Source: Oligoflexales bacterium (GTDB lineage: Bacteria; Bdellovibrionota_B; Oligoflexia; Oligoflexales; RGVZ01). From it: 60,434 nucleotides of DNA. The position numbers and the translations under genes are program-made. The DNA is taken from NCBI GenBank assembly GCA_947476525.1, contig CANJQY010000001.1, positions 1-60,434 on the forward strand, read 5' to 3'. Positions 48,906 through 57,342 of this stretch are shown here, piece after piece. The notes below the pieces were generated by a model. That model had not been told where the DNA came from. It ran no database searches and saw only the letters and a program-made list of their open reading frames with translations. Every line of letters starts with the position of its first letter. Position 1 is the stretch's first letter.

Positions 48906-49039
48906 GTTAGATCCCCAACTTTTAAGCTAACTGACCGACTAGTTCAATTTTTTGCTGTTAAAAGTCCCGCGCGCCGCCAACTTCAGGGATCCCACCGTCG
49001 CGAATTTGTCCCAGATGGAGTTTTTAGGAACGACAAGCC

Positions 49040-49966
49040 TTACATCGCCTCGAGATAGGAAATCGTCGCGCTTAGACTTGCGGTCGTATTTCGATTGTTC
49101 GAGCCTACGGCGGTTCGTTTTACAGAGGCTCCGGCGGTTTTCCTAAAGGCAAGCGCATAACTCCCACTGAGTGATAAGGAATTTGTGGCTCTCTGGTTGG
49201 TTTTAACTCCGTCAACAAAACTTGGCGCCTGAACCTCATGATCTGCCGCCAAAAGGAGTGCTCCTTGTCCCAGCCAAGTATAGCCACCTAATATTGAGAG
49301 CCGGTTACTTAATCCAGGGGAGAGCTTTATATTTCCATCCAAAATCCGCTCTTTTCCTACGGAAAACTGCTCCGCCACGCCAATTCGCCACTCCTCCATT
49401 CCAAACCAAGCATCGGCACCCGGAACAAGCTCCGCCGTACCGTTACCAAACACGTCCATCTGATACGGCACCCGTGTTTCATAAATAGACCTTGCCACGG
49501 GGTGTTTGTAGGTCATGAATATTTGAATTTGAGGGGCCCACGGGCTCGCCATATTTTGCGGGGCAACTGTATACCGAATACTGAGTGATGGGTCCCCCAA
49601 GGACCTGCGAGTGTCCTCGCCGTCTCGCATGTTTTGGTGACTTAGCACAGTCAAAGTCGAGGAAAGACCTGGTGTGATAGCCCTGGCAACCGCAAGAGTC
49701 AACGTGTCCCTGTAATCCGGCCCGGATTCACTTCCGGCCGTACCATCATCGCGTATGGTTTCGAAATTTGACATTCGAGTCGTCGCCCCAAAGAACTTCC
49801 ACTCCTCTCCGGGATAAAGCACCTGCGGCCCCGTTGCACCGCACCCACAGGGGCAAGCTTCAGCTGAGTTTTGTAAAAAAAAGAACAATGCAAAAAAAAT
49901 GACGGTGTACAGCAGCCCAATATGCCCATTTTTAATGCAAATTAGTCGCCTTGCGAAATTTAACAT
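49040..49966 (-). CDS. putative outer-membrane beta-barrel protein with a CPCGCG motif after the signal peptide
   Basis: Signal peptide (LLYTVIFFALFFFLQNSAEA), then CPCGCGATGP. Alternating beta-strand-like sequence with an SLGDPSLSIRY block reminiscent of MetA/phenol-degradation-type barrels. The family call is tentative. Confidence 0.45.
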   Translation of the reverse strand: MLNFARRLICIKNGHIGLLYTVIFFALFFFLQNSAEACPCGCGATGPQVLYPGEEWKFFGATTRMSNFETIRDDGTAGSESGPDYRDTLTLAVARAITPGLSSTLTVLSHQNMRDGEDTRRSLGDPSLSIRYTVAPQNMASPWAPQIQIFMTYKHPVARSIYETRVPYQMDVFGNGTAELVPGADAWFGMEEWRIGVAEQFSVGKERILDGNIKLSPGLSNRLSILGGYTWLGQGALLLAADHEVQAPSFVDGVKTNQRATNSLSLSGSYALAFRKTAGASVKRTAVGSNNRNTTASLSATISYLEAM

Positions 49967-50126
49967 GCTCTACGATTGCACCCTTCCATTGGTTGAACAA
50001 AGAAATACTTTGTGAAAAGGCAGATTTGGGGCGGTCCACCTAGACCTGCCTACACTCTTTAGCTTATCATTGAATCAATGTGCGATTTAACAAATTTAAT
50101 GTACAACACAACGAACGGGGGATTAA

Positions 50127-50516
50127 ATGATTAAATCTAAAATTTTGCAGTTGGCCACTCTAGCCTGTTTCTCTTTCAGCGCTGCACAAGTTTTTGCAGG
50201 CACGATCACCGCAACCAGCCAGCAAGGCCTAGCCGTCACTATGACTTTTGAGACCGATACCATTACCTCTGATACAACAACCGCCGTTTTCTGCCTTGCA
50301 GATGCGTCAAGACCTGCGGTAGCCGTACAGTCCGCTAAATTATGGATGCCGGAACATGGACATGGTAGCTCCCCGACAACTTTAGTCGCTTCAGGCACTC
50401 ACTGCACAAACATTAGCGGAATCAATTTTGTAATGAACGGCAAATGGGAAATTCGAATAAAATTGGCAGGCGGAGACGCCGTGGCGTTTCCTGTGGATGT
50501 TGAAAGCACGCCATAA
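50127..50516 (+). CDS. secreted YtkA/FixH-like domain protein
   Basis: Signal peptide LATLACFSFSAAQVFA. AKLWMPEHGHGSSP ... INFVMNGKWEIRIKL matches the YtkA-like pattern (M-P-x-H/M-G ... M-x-G-x-W). Confidence 0.55.
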   Translation: MIKSKILQLATLACFSFSAAQVFAGTITATSQQGLAVTMTFETDTITSDTTTAVFCLADASRPAVAVQSAKLWMPEHGHGSSPTTLVASGTHCTNISGINFVMNGKWEIRIKLAGGDAVAFPVDVESTP

Positions 50517-50596
50517 TATTGCTACAATCGCTGTTGGCCATTGCTGTTGGCCACTGGAAAATTTATACAAAAATATTGGCGCTGGAAATATAATCC

Positions 50597-51124
50597 ATGG
50601 AAAAAAAAATGCTGTCGAAGTTTGTGTACTGGACTTTTTTCTTGACCATAACGACGGCCACCGCGTGCGGCCCGAAGCATGAGACTCGAAAGAGAAAAGC
50701 TCCGTCCACAGATGCCGTGGCCGATGACTCAAACCATCCAGATCTGCCAGTCACGGGAACTCCTCTTTTTGCCGCTGCTGACGCTCATGGATCCCAGAAC
50801 GGAAAATGGCAAGTTCGATTAGAGTGGAAACAAGGTCCTACGGCAAAGGATGACGGTGAAAGTATTACGTATATCACGTTTGCCGACGCAACGTTTTTTG
50901 CCCCTAAAACTCTTAGTGATTTTACAATTAAACCTTGGATGAAAATCCATGGTCATGGCACTGGAAATCTTGTGCCAACCATTTCTCCCGTAAAAGATAA
51001 CCCGTCGAAATTCTTGGTGAGTGGAATTTACTTCCTCATGTCCGGACGTTGGGAGTTACAAATACATGCGACCGTTAATGGAATCCCCGATTATCTCGAG
51101 GTGAATGTTGAAGTCGATCCTTAA
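50597..51124 (+). CDS. YtkA/FixH-like domain lipoprotein
   Basis: Lipoprotein signal FFLTITTATAC. IKPWMKIHGHGTGN ... IYFLMSGRWELQIHATV. Paralogous to the preceding gene. Confidence 0.55.
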   Translation: MEKKMLSKFVYWTFFLTITTATACGPKHETRKRKAPSTDAVADDSNHPDLPVTGTPLFAAADAHGSQNGKWQVRLEWKQGPTAKDDGESITYITFADATFFAPKTLSDFTIKPWMKIHGHGTGNLVPTISPVKDNPSKFLVSGIYFLMSGRWELQIHATVNGIPDYLEVNVEVDP

Positions 51125-51563
51125 TCCGTTTAAGACCGCACGCCGAACAAAGATTTGTTGGTATTCTTATACCTTGGCAACTGCGCTATCCGTCTTTTCG
51201 CAGTTTTTTTGCGGCGTGTGTCGAGCCAATCATGTGACTCCGCTCGACCGCCCCCACTGTGAGGCTGGTGGCATGAGCCGTCTGAACAAAATGGCCTCCG
51301 AAGGACACATAACTTCCGTCATATTTTTTGCCAGCTGGTGCCCCTCTTGTCGTGAACATCTCGTGCATTCCAACCCCAAAAAAGATTTGCTTATAGCGAC
51401 TTTTGATGAAAAAAAACAGGCCGAGAAAGCCCTCGTCGCCCTCAACACCTCTACGCCATGCCTGCTAGACGACGGAATTGCCAAGGAGCTAAAAATACTT
51501 GATGTCCCATTTACATTGAATGTTATTGACGGAAAAATTCAGCCGTCATTGCCAAAAAAATAA
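51105..51563 (+). CDS. TlpA/ResA-like periplasmic thioredoxin-fold protein
   Basis: Signal-like N-terminus. The WCPSC active site lies in the context VIFFASWCPSCREH. Overlaps the upstream gene by 20 nt. Confidence 0.65.
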   Translation: MLKSILNPFKTARRTKICWYSYTLATALSVFSQFFCGVCRANHVTPLDRPHCEAGGMSRLNKMASEGHITSVIFFASWCPSCREHLVHSNPKKDLLIATFDEKKQAEKALVALNTSTPCLLDDGIAKELKILDVPFTLNVIDGKIQPSLPKK

Positions 51564-51598
51564 TTTCTCATGCCCATGTTAGCAGCCTACGCAGTCCA

Positions 51599-54358
51599 CT
51601 ATAAGAAGCGACGCGTCACACTTCGCTCGACATCCTTAATACCTGATGGGACACCTTGATACACCATTTCTCCGCCGTGTTCGGAAGCTTCAGGCCCCAT
51701 CTCAACTAACCAATCGGCTTGGCGTAGTACGTCGAGATGATGTTCGACAATAATAACCGTGTGGCCAAGGGCGGAGAGCTCTTGAAACTGCGAAAATAAA
51801 TTGGCGACATCAGCATCGCTTAAGCCCGTCGTTGGCTCATCAAAAATAAGAATAGAAGGCTTGCCAGTTCTGGCGTGGCTCATAATTTGAACCAAACGTA
51901 ACCTTTGGGCCTCGCCGCCACTAAAAGAACTCGTAGATTGCCCAAGGGTGACGTAGCCCATTCCCACCTTAATCACTGAATCTAAACACGCTGACATGAC
52001 TTTGTGGTCGAAGAAAAATATTCTCGCCTCTCCAGCCGTCATTCCAAGAACGTCAATTAGATTTTTTCCTTTGTATAATACCGACAACACATCGTCTTGA
52101 AATCTCGCACCGTTGCATGCAGGACAAACAATGACCATTTCGCCTAGAAAAGACAAATCTTCTATGACTGTGCCCAGTCCCCTACAAGTTTCGCAGCGAC
52201 CGCCGGCACTATTGAAGCTAAACGAGCCGGGCGTCAACTTTAAATTTTTTGCTAGCTCTTGCGAAGAAAATAATTTTCTAATCGGATCCATCATATCCAA
52301 ATAAGTTGCAATAGTGCTCCGCGTGCTGCGGCCCAGAGCAATTTGTGAAACCATCAACACATCACTGAATTTTTGGATGAGAAGGTCTGGTCCGACAGCA
52401 CCCGCAAGGTCAGATACTGCAGCCTTTTCCGGCTCGCTTCGAAGGCTCGCCATTTTTGCGAGCATCAAGGGGAACAAACTCTGGCGAATTAGACTAGTCT
52501 TACCGCTTCCTGACACACCGCACACTGCTGTAATTTTTCCTGCAGGAATCGAGATGCTGACATTTTTTAAATTGTGGAGACGTGCTCCCTTCAGTGTGAA
52601 AAATTCCCAGCCCTTCGTTTTCTCGACGCCTTCACCCTTTGCACTAATTTTTGTAGGTTTTGGACGGCCTACAGGCTGACCTTCAAAAACTAGGAATCCG
52701 CCTTCATGCCCAGCCTTTGGCCCGATCTCAATAAAATAATCTGACCTGTCGATGATTGCGCGTTCATGCTCGACGACCACTACGGTGTTGCCTTGCTCTT
52801 GGAGCTCGCGAATCACACCCAAGAGATTCTCACTGTCACGCGCGTGGAGACCGGACGTCGGTTCGTCAAGGCAAAATAAAGTATCCGTCAACACACTTCC
52901 TAGGCACCTTGACATGTTTATTCGCTGCAATTCACCACCACTCAACGACTTTGCATTTCGGTCAAGGGACAAATAAGACAGCCCCATTTTACTCAAATAG
53001 CCGAGGCGCGATCGGGCCTCGGCGATACCCTCGGCGATACCCTGCCCCCCTGAATCTCGACCCGTAATCGCAGAAACTGAAGAGACTTCAAGCTCTGATA
53101 TCCAGCTACTTAAATGCGACACATTTAGCTGTCCAACGTCAATAATTGACTTACCAAGAACAACTATGGCTTGCGCCCTAGAGTTTAGGCGCAAGCCATT
53201 GCAGGTCGGGCAAGTCACATATTTTCGAAATCTTGCGGCGTGCATCCTGTAGTGGGCCTTGTATCTTTTTGTGTCGAGCCATGCAAAGTATCCACGAATT
53301 CCTGTATAATTCTTGCCATCGCCGTTCCAAAGCCATTCTTTTTCTTGAGCCGTGTAGTCGCTAAATTTCTTTTTCTTAATGTCCCACTTCTTCGTCGCAG
53401 CCGATTTTTGTGCATCGCTATAACACGTTTTGTGGCTACCGAAATTCCAGCAGGTAATCCCTTCCTCAGACAAAGATAGGCTCAAGTCGGAAATAATTTT
53501 TAACTCATTTAATTCCGTACTACTCCCAAACCCTTGACAAGTCTCGCAGGCACCTATGGGGTGATTAAATGAAAATAATGCCATGGTAGGCTCTCGGTAT
53601 GTTGTTCCGCAGCACTCTAGTCGTTTGGAATATTCATGGATCACATGATCATCAACAATAACGCCTGCTCGTCCGCGGCCAAGTTTTAAGATAAGCGACG
53701 ATGCCTCGCTCAGGCGTTTGACCGCATCCGCCTCGACAGAAATTCGGTCGACCACGACCCATGACTCATTGCGTTCAAACTTTTTCACGTCTTCTAGCCG
53801 CACCACAGCGCCGCTGATCCACAGACGAGAAAATCCTTGCCCTTGCAGTAGGATTTTGAGTTCCTTATCTGGAACCGAAGCCCATGCGTCCATTGGGGCA
53901 GCCATGAGCACTCGCTTACCTGCGAACTCTTTAGCGATTTGCTGAGCCATCGTATCTGGATCCGCCTTTTCAACAGGTTGCCGGCAAGTCAAGCATTGAA
54001 TCGTCCCGCACTGTGAGAAAATGATTCGCAAAATGTCGTGCATTTCCGTGAGCGTTCCAACAGTGGAACGATTTGTGGCGCCGGAACGCGACTGCTGCAC
54101 GGCGATGGCGGGTGGAAGGTTGCGAATAGAGGCGATTTTTGGTTTTGGCATCGCCTTCAAATATTGTCGAGCAAAACTACTCAAGCTCTCGACATAACGG
54201 CGATAGGCCTCGGCGTAAAGCGTGTCAAACACAAGTGAACTTTTGCCACTCCCCGACACGCCGGTGACGGATGTCAGTTTATACAATGGAATTTTAACAT
54301 CTATCGCTTTAAGATTATTAGTTTCAATGCCATTAATTTCAATATAATCTTGACTCAT
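51599..54358 (-). CDS. excinuclease ABC subunit A family protein (divergent UvrA or UvrA paralog)
   Basis: Two ABC modules (GVSGSGKSSLVFDTLYAEAYRRYVESLS; CGVSGSGKTSL; LSGGELQR; FSGGEAQR; LDEPTSGLH; FDEPTTGLS) and Zn-module Cys pairs (CLTC, CETCQGFG, CPTCNG, CETCRGLG, CPACNG). Start at the ATG at 54358. Confidence 0.8.
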   Translation of the reverse strand: MSQDYIEINGIETNNLKAIDVKIPLYKLTSVTGVSGSGKSSLVFDTLYAEAYRRYVESLSSFARQYLKAMPKPKIASIRNLPPAIAVQQSRSGATNRSTVGTLTEMHDILRIIFSQCGTIQCLTCRQPVEKADPDTMAQQIAKEFAGKRVLMAAPMDAWASVPDKELKILLQGQGFSRLWISGAVVRLEDVKKFERNESWVVVDRISVEADAVKRLSEASSLILKLGRGRAGVIVDDHVIHEYSKRLECCGTTYREPTMALFSFNHPIGACETCQGFGSSTELNELKIISDLSLSLSEEGITCWNFGSHKTCYSDAQKSAATKKWDIKKKKFSDYTAQEKEWLWNGDGKNYTGIRGYFAWLDTKRYKAHYRMHAARFRKYVTCPTCNGLRLNSRAQAIVVLGKSIIDVGQLNVSHLSSWISELEVSSVSAITGRDSGGQGIAEGIAEARSRLGYLSKMGLSYLSLDRNAKSLSGGELQRINMSRCLGSVLTDTLFCLDEPTSGLHARDSENLLGVIRELQEQGNTVVVVEHERAIIDRSDYFIEIGPKAGHEGGFLVFEGQPVGRPKPTKISAKGEGVEKTKGWEFFTLKGARLHNLKNVSISIPAGKITAVCGVSGSGKTSLIRQSLFPLMLAKMASLRSEPEKAAVSDLAGAVGPDLLIQKFSDVLMVSQIALGRSTRSTIATYLDMMDPIRKLFSSQELAKNLKLTPGSFSFNSAGGRCETCRGLGTVIEDLSFLGEMVIVCPACNGARFQDDVLSVLYKGKNLIDVLGMTAGEARIFFFDHKVMSACLDSVIKVGMGYVTLGQSTSSFSGGEAQRLRLVQIMSHARTGKPSILIFDEPTTGLSDADVANLFSQFQELSALGHTVIIVEHHLDVLRQADWLVEMGPEASEHGGEMVYQGVPSGIKDVERSVTRRFL

Positions 54359-54378
54359 GGGCTCGCACAACTCCAGTC

Positions 54379-54407
54379 TTGTCTGACAGCAACAGGTCGC
54401 CTATACT
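54379..54407 (+). promoter_or_regulatory. candidate sigma-70 promoter for the SPOR gene
   Basis: TTGTCT, a 17-nt spacer, then TATACT, 40 nt upstream of the ATG at 54447. Confidence 0.3.
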
Positions 54408-54446
54408 AATCAAAGATATCGGCAAGAATTACTATACAGAGGTGTC

Positions 54447-54950
54447 ATGAAGAAAACTATCTGCATCATTGCAGTCCTACTAGGCGTTGTGGTTGTCGGC
54501 GCATTCAGCGTATCCACCCTAAAATCCAAATTTGGCACTGTGATATCGCGGAGTTCCATTACCCGTCATCGAGTTGCTGAAGTCACTCAAGAAACTCCTA
54601 CACCCAAAGCACAAACCTCCGAGGTGGTGCCCTCGACTCCGAAAGCCGTTTTTTATCCTAGCGTAGGCGGCTCGACGGCAAGTACACAAAATGAGACCTC
54701 TCGCGACCGCATTTCGAATCGCTACACAATCGAAATCTCTGCCGTGTCTTCTCAAGTTGAGGCGGACAACCTGCTCCTTAAACTGAAGTCTGAGGGCATC
54801 AGCGGGTTTTATACGCCCTCACGACGCGGGCCCTTGGTCATTTACCGGGTTCGCGTGGGAATGTTTACAAACGCTGATGACGCTAAAAAAAACCTACAAA
54901 AAATTTCTTTGCGGTCAAAGGTTCGGGGCACGGTGACGCGCCTTCATTAA
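54447..54950 (+). CDS. SPOR-domain protein
   Basis: N-terminal TM segment. C-terminal SPOR pattern (YTIEISAVSSQVEADNLLLKLKSEGISGFY ... YRVRVGMFTNADDAKKNLQKI). Confidence 0.8.
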   Translation: MKKTICIIAVLLGVVVVGAFSVSTLKSKFGTVISRSSITRHRVAEVTQETPTPKAQTSEVVPSTPKAVFYPSVGGSTASTQNETSRDRISNRYTIEISAVSSQVEADNLLLKLKSEGISGFYTPSRRGPLVIYRVRVGMFTNADDAKKNLQKISLRSKVRGTVTRLH

Positions 54951-55087
54951 TGCCGCCGCCAACTATGCAATATGTGCTGCAAAATGTGTGTATTGAAGTG
55001 GACCAGCCACAAGACTTTGGCCTTCACCGCCGCAGCAATATATGCCGAGACGAGTCCTCCAGCTCCTGCTCCGATAACGATTATGTT
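54950..55087 (-). pseudogene. remnant of an FAD/NAD(P)-binding pyridine-nucleotide-disulfide oxidoreductase domain
   Basis: Directly after the TAG of the TVP38 gene, the same frame reads NIIVIGAGAGGLVSAYIAAAVKAKV. This is a Rossmann GxGxxG start, as in mercuric-reductase-like domains fused to TVP38/DedA proteins. It then degenerates and stops after 46 codons. Confidence 0.5.
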
Positions 55088-55807
55088 CTAGTCAAAAATT
55101 TTAGGACGAGGCCATTTAGAATGTAGACGCCACACTTTAACGAAGTCGATGAGTTTTCTAGCGGCAAAAGGCAGTATGCCGACAAGTACAAAAGAGCCCA
55201 GTATCCTTGGCGACAAAATCCCAGACACCGATTCTATCTGCGCCAATTGAGTGCCTGCGTTGACAAACATTGCGGTGCCTAAAAGCATTCCGATTTGGCT
55301 CACCCAGTAAAACGTTCTCACGCGCATCGACGTCAATCCCATCAGAAGATTAATGATGAAAAATGGGAAGATAGGCACAAGTCTTAACGTAAAAAGGTAA
55401 AATGCCCCGTCACGTAAAATTCCTTCGTTTATTACTTTTAGACGGTCACTAAATTTGGCTTCAATTACATCATGCAACAGAAATCTTGCCACGAGAAATG
55501 CCAACGTTGCCCCGACTGTGGAGGCAAAAGAAACTGTAACCATGCCTATACTAAAACCAAACAGCGCTCCCCCTGCCAGGGTCATCACAACCGCGCCAGG
55601 CAGCGAAAAAGCGGTCACCAACACGTAGAGCAGAAAGTACGCCCCTACGGTCGCCAGTCCATGGGTTTCATAATAAGCCGCAAAATCCCCTTGGCGCATC
55701 TTGAGGTAGCTGAGGCTCAAATACTGCGTGAGGTTGAGCAACTGAAACGTGACGAGGAGTACTATGATGCCAGCAACGACTACAATTTTTCCGAATTTTT
55801 TTTGCAT
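55088..55807 (-). CDS. TVP38/TMEM64 (DedA-related) family membrane protein
   Basis: 239 aa with 5-6 TM segments. Blocks such as FSLPGAVVMTLAGGALFG and LRLVPIFPFFIINLLMG are typical of the SNARE-associated/TVP38 family. Confidence 0.75.
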   Translation of the reverse strand: MQKKFGKIVVVAGIIVLLVTFQLLNLTQYLSLSYLKMRQGDFAAYYETHGLATVGAYFLLYVLVTAFSLPGAVVMTLAGGALFGFSIGMVTVSFASTVGATLAFLVARFLLHDVIEAKFSDRLKVINEGILRDGAFYLFTLRLVPIFPFFIINLLMGLTSMRVRTFYWVSQIGMLLGTAMFVNAGTQLAQIESVSGILSPRILGSFVLVGILPFAARKLIDFVKVWRLHSKWPRPKIFD

Positions 55808-55876
55808 CTCACCGTCATGTTACTGCTTTAGGCGTTGCTGAGGTCGTGACGACCTTTTTTGCGGATTTTTTACGGG

Positions 55877-56479
55877 CTACTTTGTTGCTGCTTTAGCAGA
55901 ATCTTTCATCGCCTCAACAATTAACTTGATTTCAACTTCGTCGCCAACAACCGCAGCCGCATCGGCTAATGCGCCGAAAGACATGCCAAAATCTTTTCGG
56001 TTAATTTTAGCACTGCATTTGAATGCCACGCGGTCTTTGCCCCAGGCCGACACGCTTCCCTTGTAGTCGCAATCGAAAGGTACATCTTTGCTGACGCCGT
56101 GCATCGCAAATGCACCTGTCATAATAAAATTTTTATCTGATTTTTTTTCGATTTTTTTGGACTTCAAAGTGATTTTTGGAAACTTTATGGCCGAGAAAAA
56201 ATCATCGCTGCGCAAATGTTTGTCCCGCTTTTCGTTACCTGTATAAATCGATCCCACGTCAACCCACGCATCAAGCTCTGACTTGTCAATCGCAGCCGGA
56301 TCAAAATTCAAATCCCCGCCAAGCGTCTTAAAATTACCTTCAACGGAACTTACCACCAAATGCGCAACTTCGAATTTCACATTGGTGTGATCAGCATCGA
56401 TGGCATATTTTGCTGCTTGAATTTCAGCGGTGGAAATGAAAAGACCTACGATGCCCCCAATTAACAGTACCTTGTTCAT
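55877..56479 (-). CDS. yceI: YceI-family periplasmic polyisoprenoid-binding protein
   Basis: Signal peptide, then YAIDADHTNVKFEVAHLVVSSVEGNFK, GNEKRDKHLRSDDFF and the C-terminal VEIKLIVEA pattern. Confidence 0.85.
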   Translation of the reverse strand: MNKVLLIGGIVGLFISTAEIQAAKYAIDADHTNVKFEVAHLVVSSVEGNFKTLGGDLNFDPAAIDKSELDAWVDVGSIYTGNEKRDKHLRSDDFFSAIKFPKITLKSKKIEKKSDKNFIMTGAFAMHGVSKDVPFDCDYKGSVSAWGKDRVAFKCSAKINRKDFGMSFGALADAAAVVGDEVEIKLIVEAMKDSAKAATK

Positions 56480-56681
56480 ATGAATGGATTCCTTCTAGGT
56501 TAGTTGAAAATAAAAGACACTATTCAAAACATCGAATATAGAGTCGCACCAATGTCCTTTTTGTACAATTTAAAAGTGGTGCTGCGCCAATTTCCGCAAA
56601 TTTCGCGCGAATCCAGCCACAACACTTCGTCTACAAGTGTTTGCGGCGTTTTAGCGGGCGAATGAAAATATCGGCTTACGG

Positions 56682-57218
56682 CTAGTGTGCCACGGAGGGC
56701 GCGTCAATTTTAATACTCTCAGCGGGTTCAGATGTCTCTGATGATTTGGTCGCAGATCGCACGGCTTCTAAATTCGCTGCCTCAAAGCGCGCGTCTGAAA
56801 AAGGTTGGACATCGCTCGCAGAATGCTTTGCTGCTGGATTTGCGGACGGCCTCGGAGCTTTTGAAGGCACCTGTTTACCACCCTCCACAGCATCGATGAT
56901 TCCATCACCATCAAAATCGAAGGCCCACGTATTGGTGTTGCCGGCTTCATCTAAGACTTCGAGCATATCAAATCGGCCGTCGTGGTCTAGGTCCCAGCCG
57001 CGAAATCCCTCGACCGGATTTGGCTTGCCGTCGACGTTTTGCCAGTTGACAGAAATTTTGGTTTTATTGGGTAACGGCATGAGGTACTGCGTCTTTTCCC
57101 CCTCCTTCAATGTGTATAATGCAGGAGCAAGTGTCTTGGGCCGCACGTTTTCTACAGTTTTAGGAGCAGTCGCACAGGCACAGGTCAATCCGAGGGCTCC
57201 GATTGCTAGAATTTTCAT
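56682..57218 (-). CDS. lipoprotein with two DxDxDG calcium-binding loops
   Basis: Start moved to the ATG at 57218 (AAGGAG upstream), giving MKILAIGALGLTCAC. Loops are WDLDHDGRFDMLE and DFDGDGIIDAVE. The long ORF-track form would overlap lepA. Confidence 0.65.
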   Translation of the reverse strand: MKILAIGALGLTCACATAPKTVENVRPKTLAPALYTLKEGEKTQYLMPLPNKTKISVNWQNVDGKPNPVEGFRGWDLDHDGRFDMLEVLDEAGNTNTWAFDFDGDGIIDAVEGGKQVPSKAPRPSANPAAKHSASDVQPFSDARFEAANLEAVRSATKSSETSEPAESIKIDAPSVAH

Positions 57219-57342
57219 CACGATTCTCCTTACTTTTCTCTCAATGCCAGAATACTCTTGGTGTTCAAGCGCTTTTCGGTTGCCGTAAGCCAAACCTTTA
57301 AGCAGAATGGGGGCCTGTCGGAAATCATTTGGAGAATCACTA

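Noticed and set aside
55841-55860. A terminator-like hairpin, AGGTCG-TGA-CGACCT plus TTTTTT, on the plus strand between yceI and the TVP38 gene.
   Set aside because: Both neighbouring genes are on the minus strand, where the hairpin is preceded rather than followed by the homopolymer run. No credible plus-strand gene ends here. It might attenuate antisense transcription, but that is unsupported.
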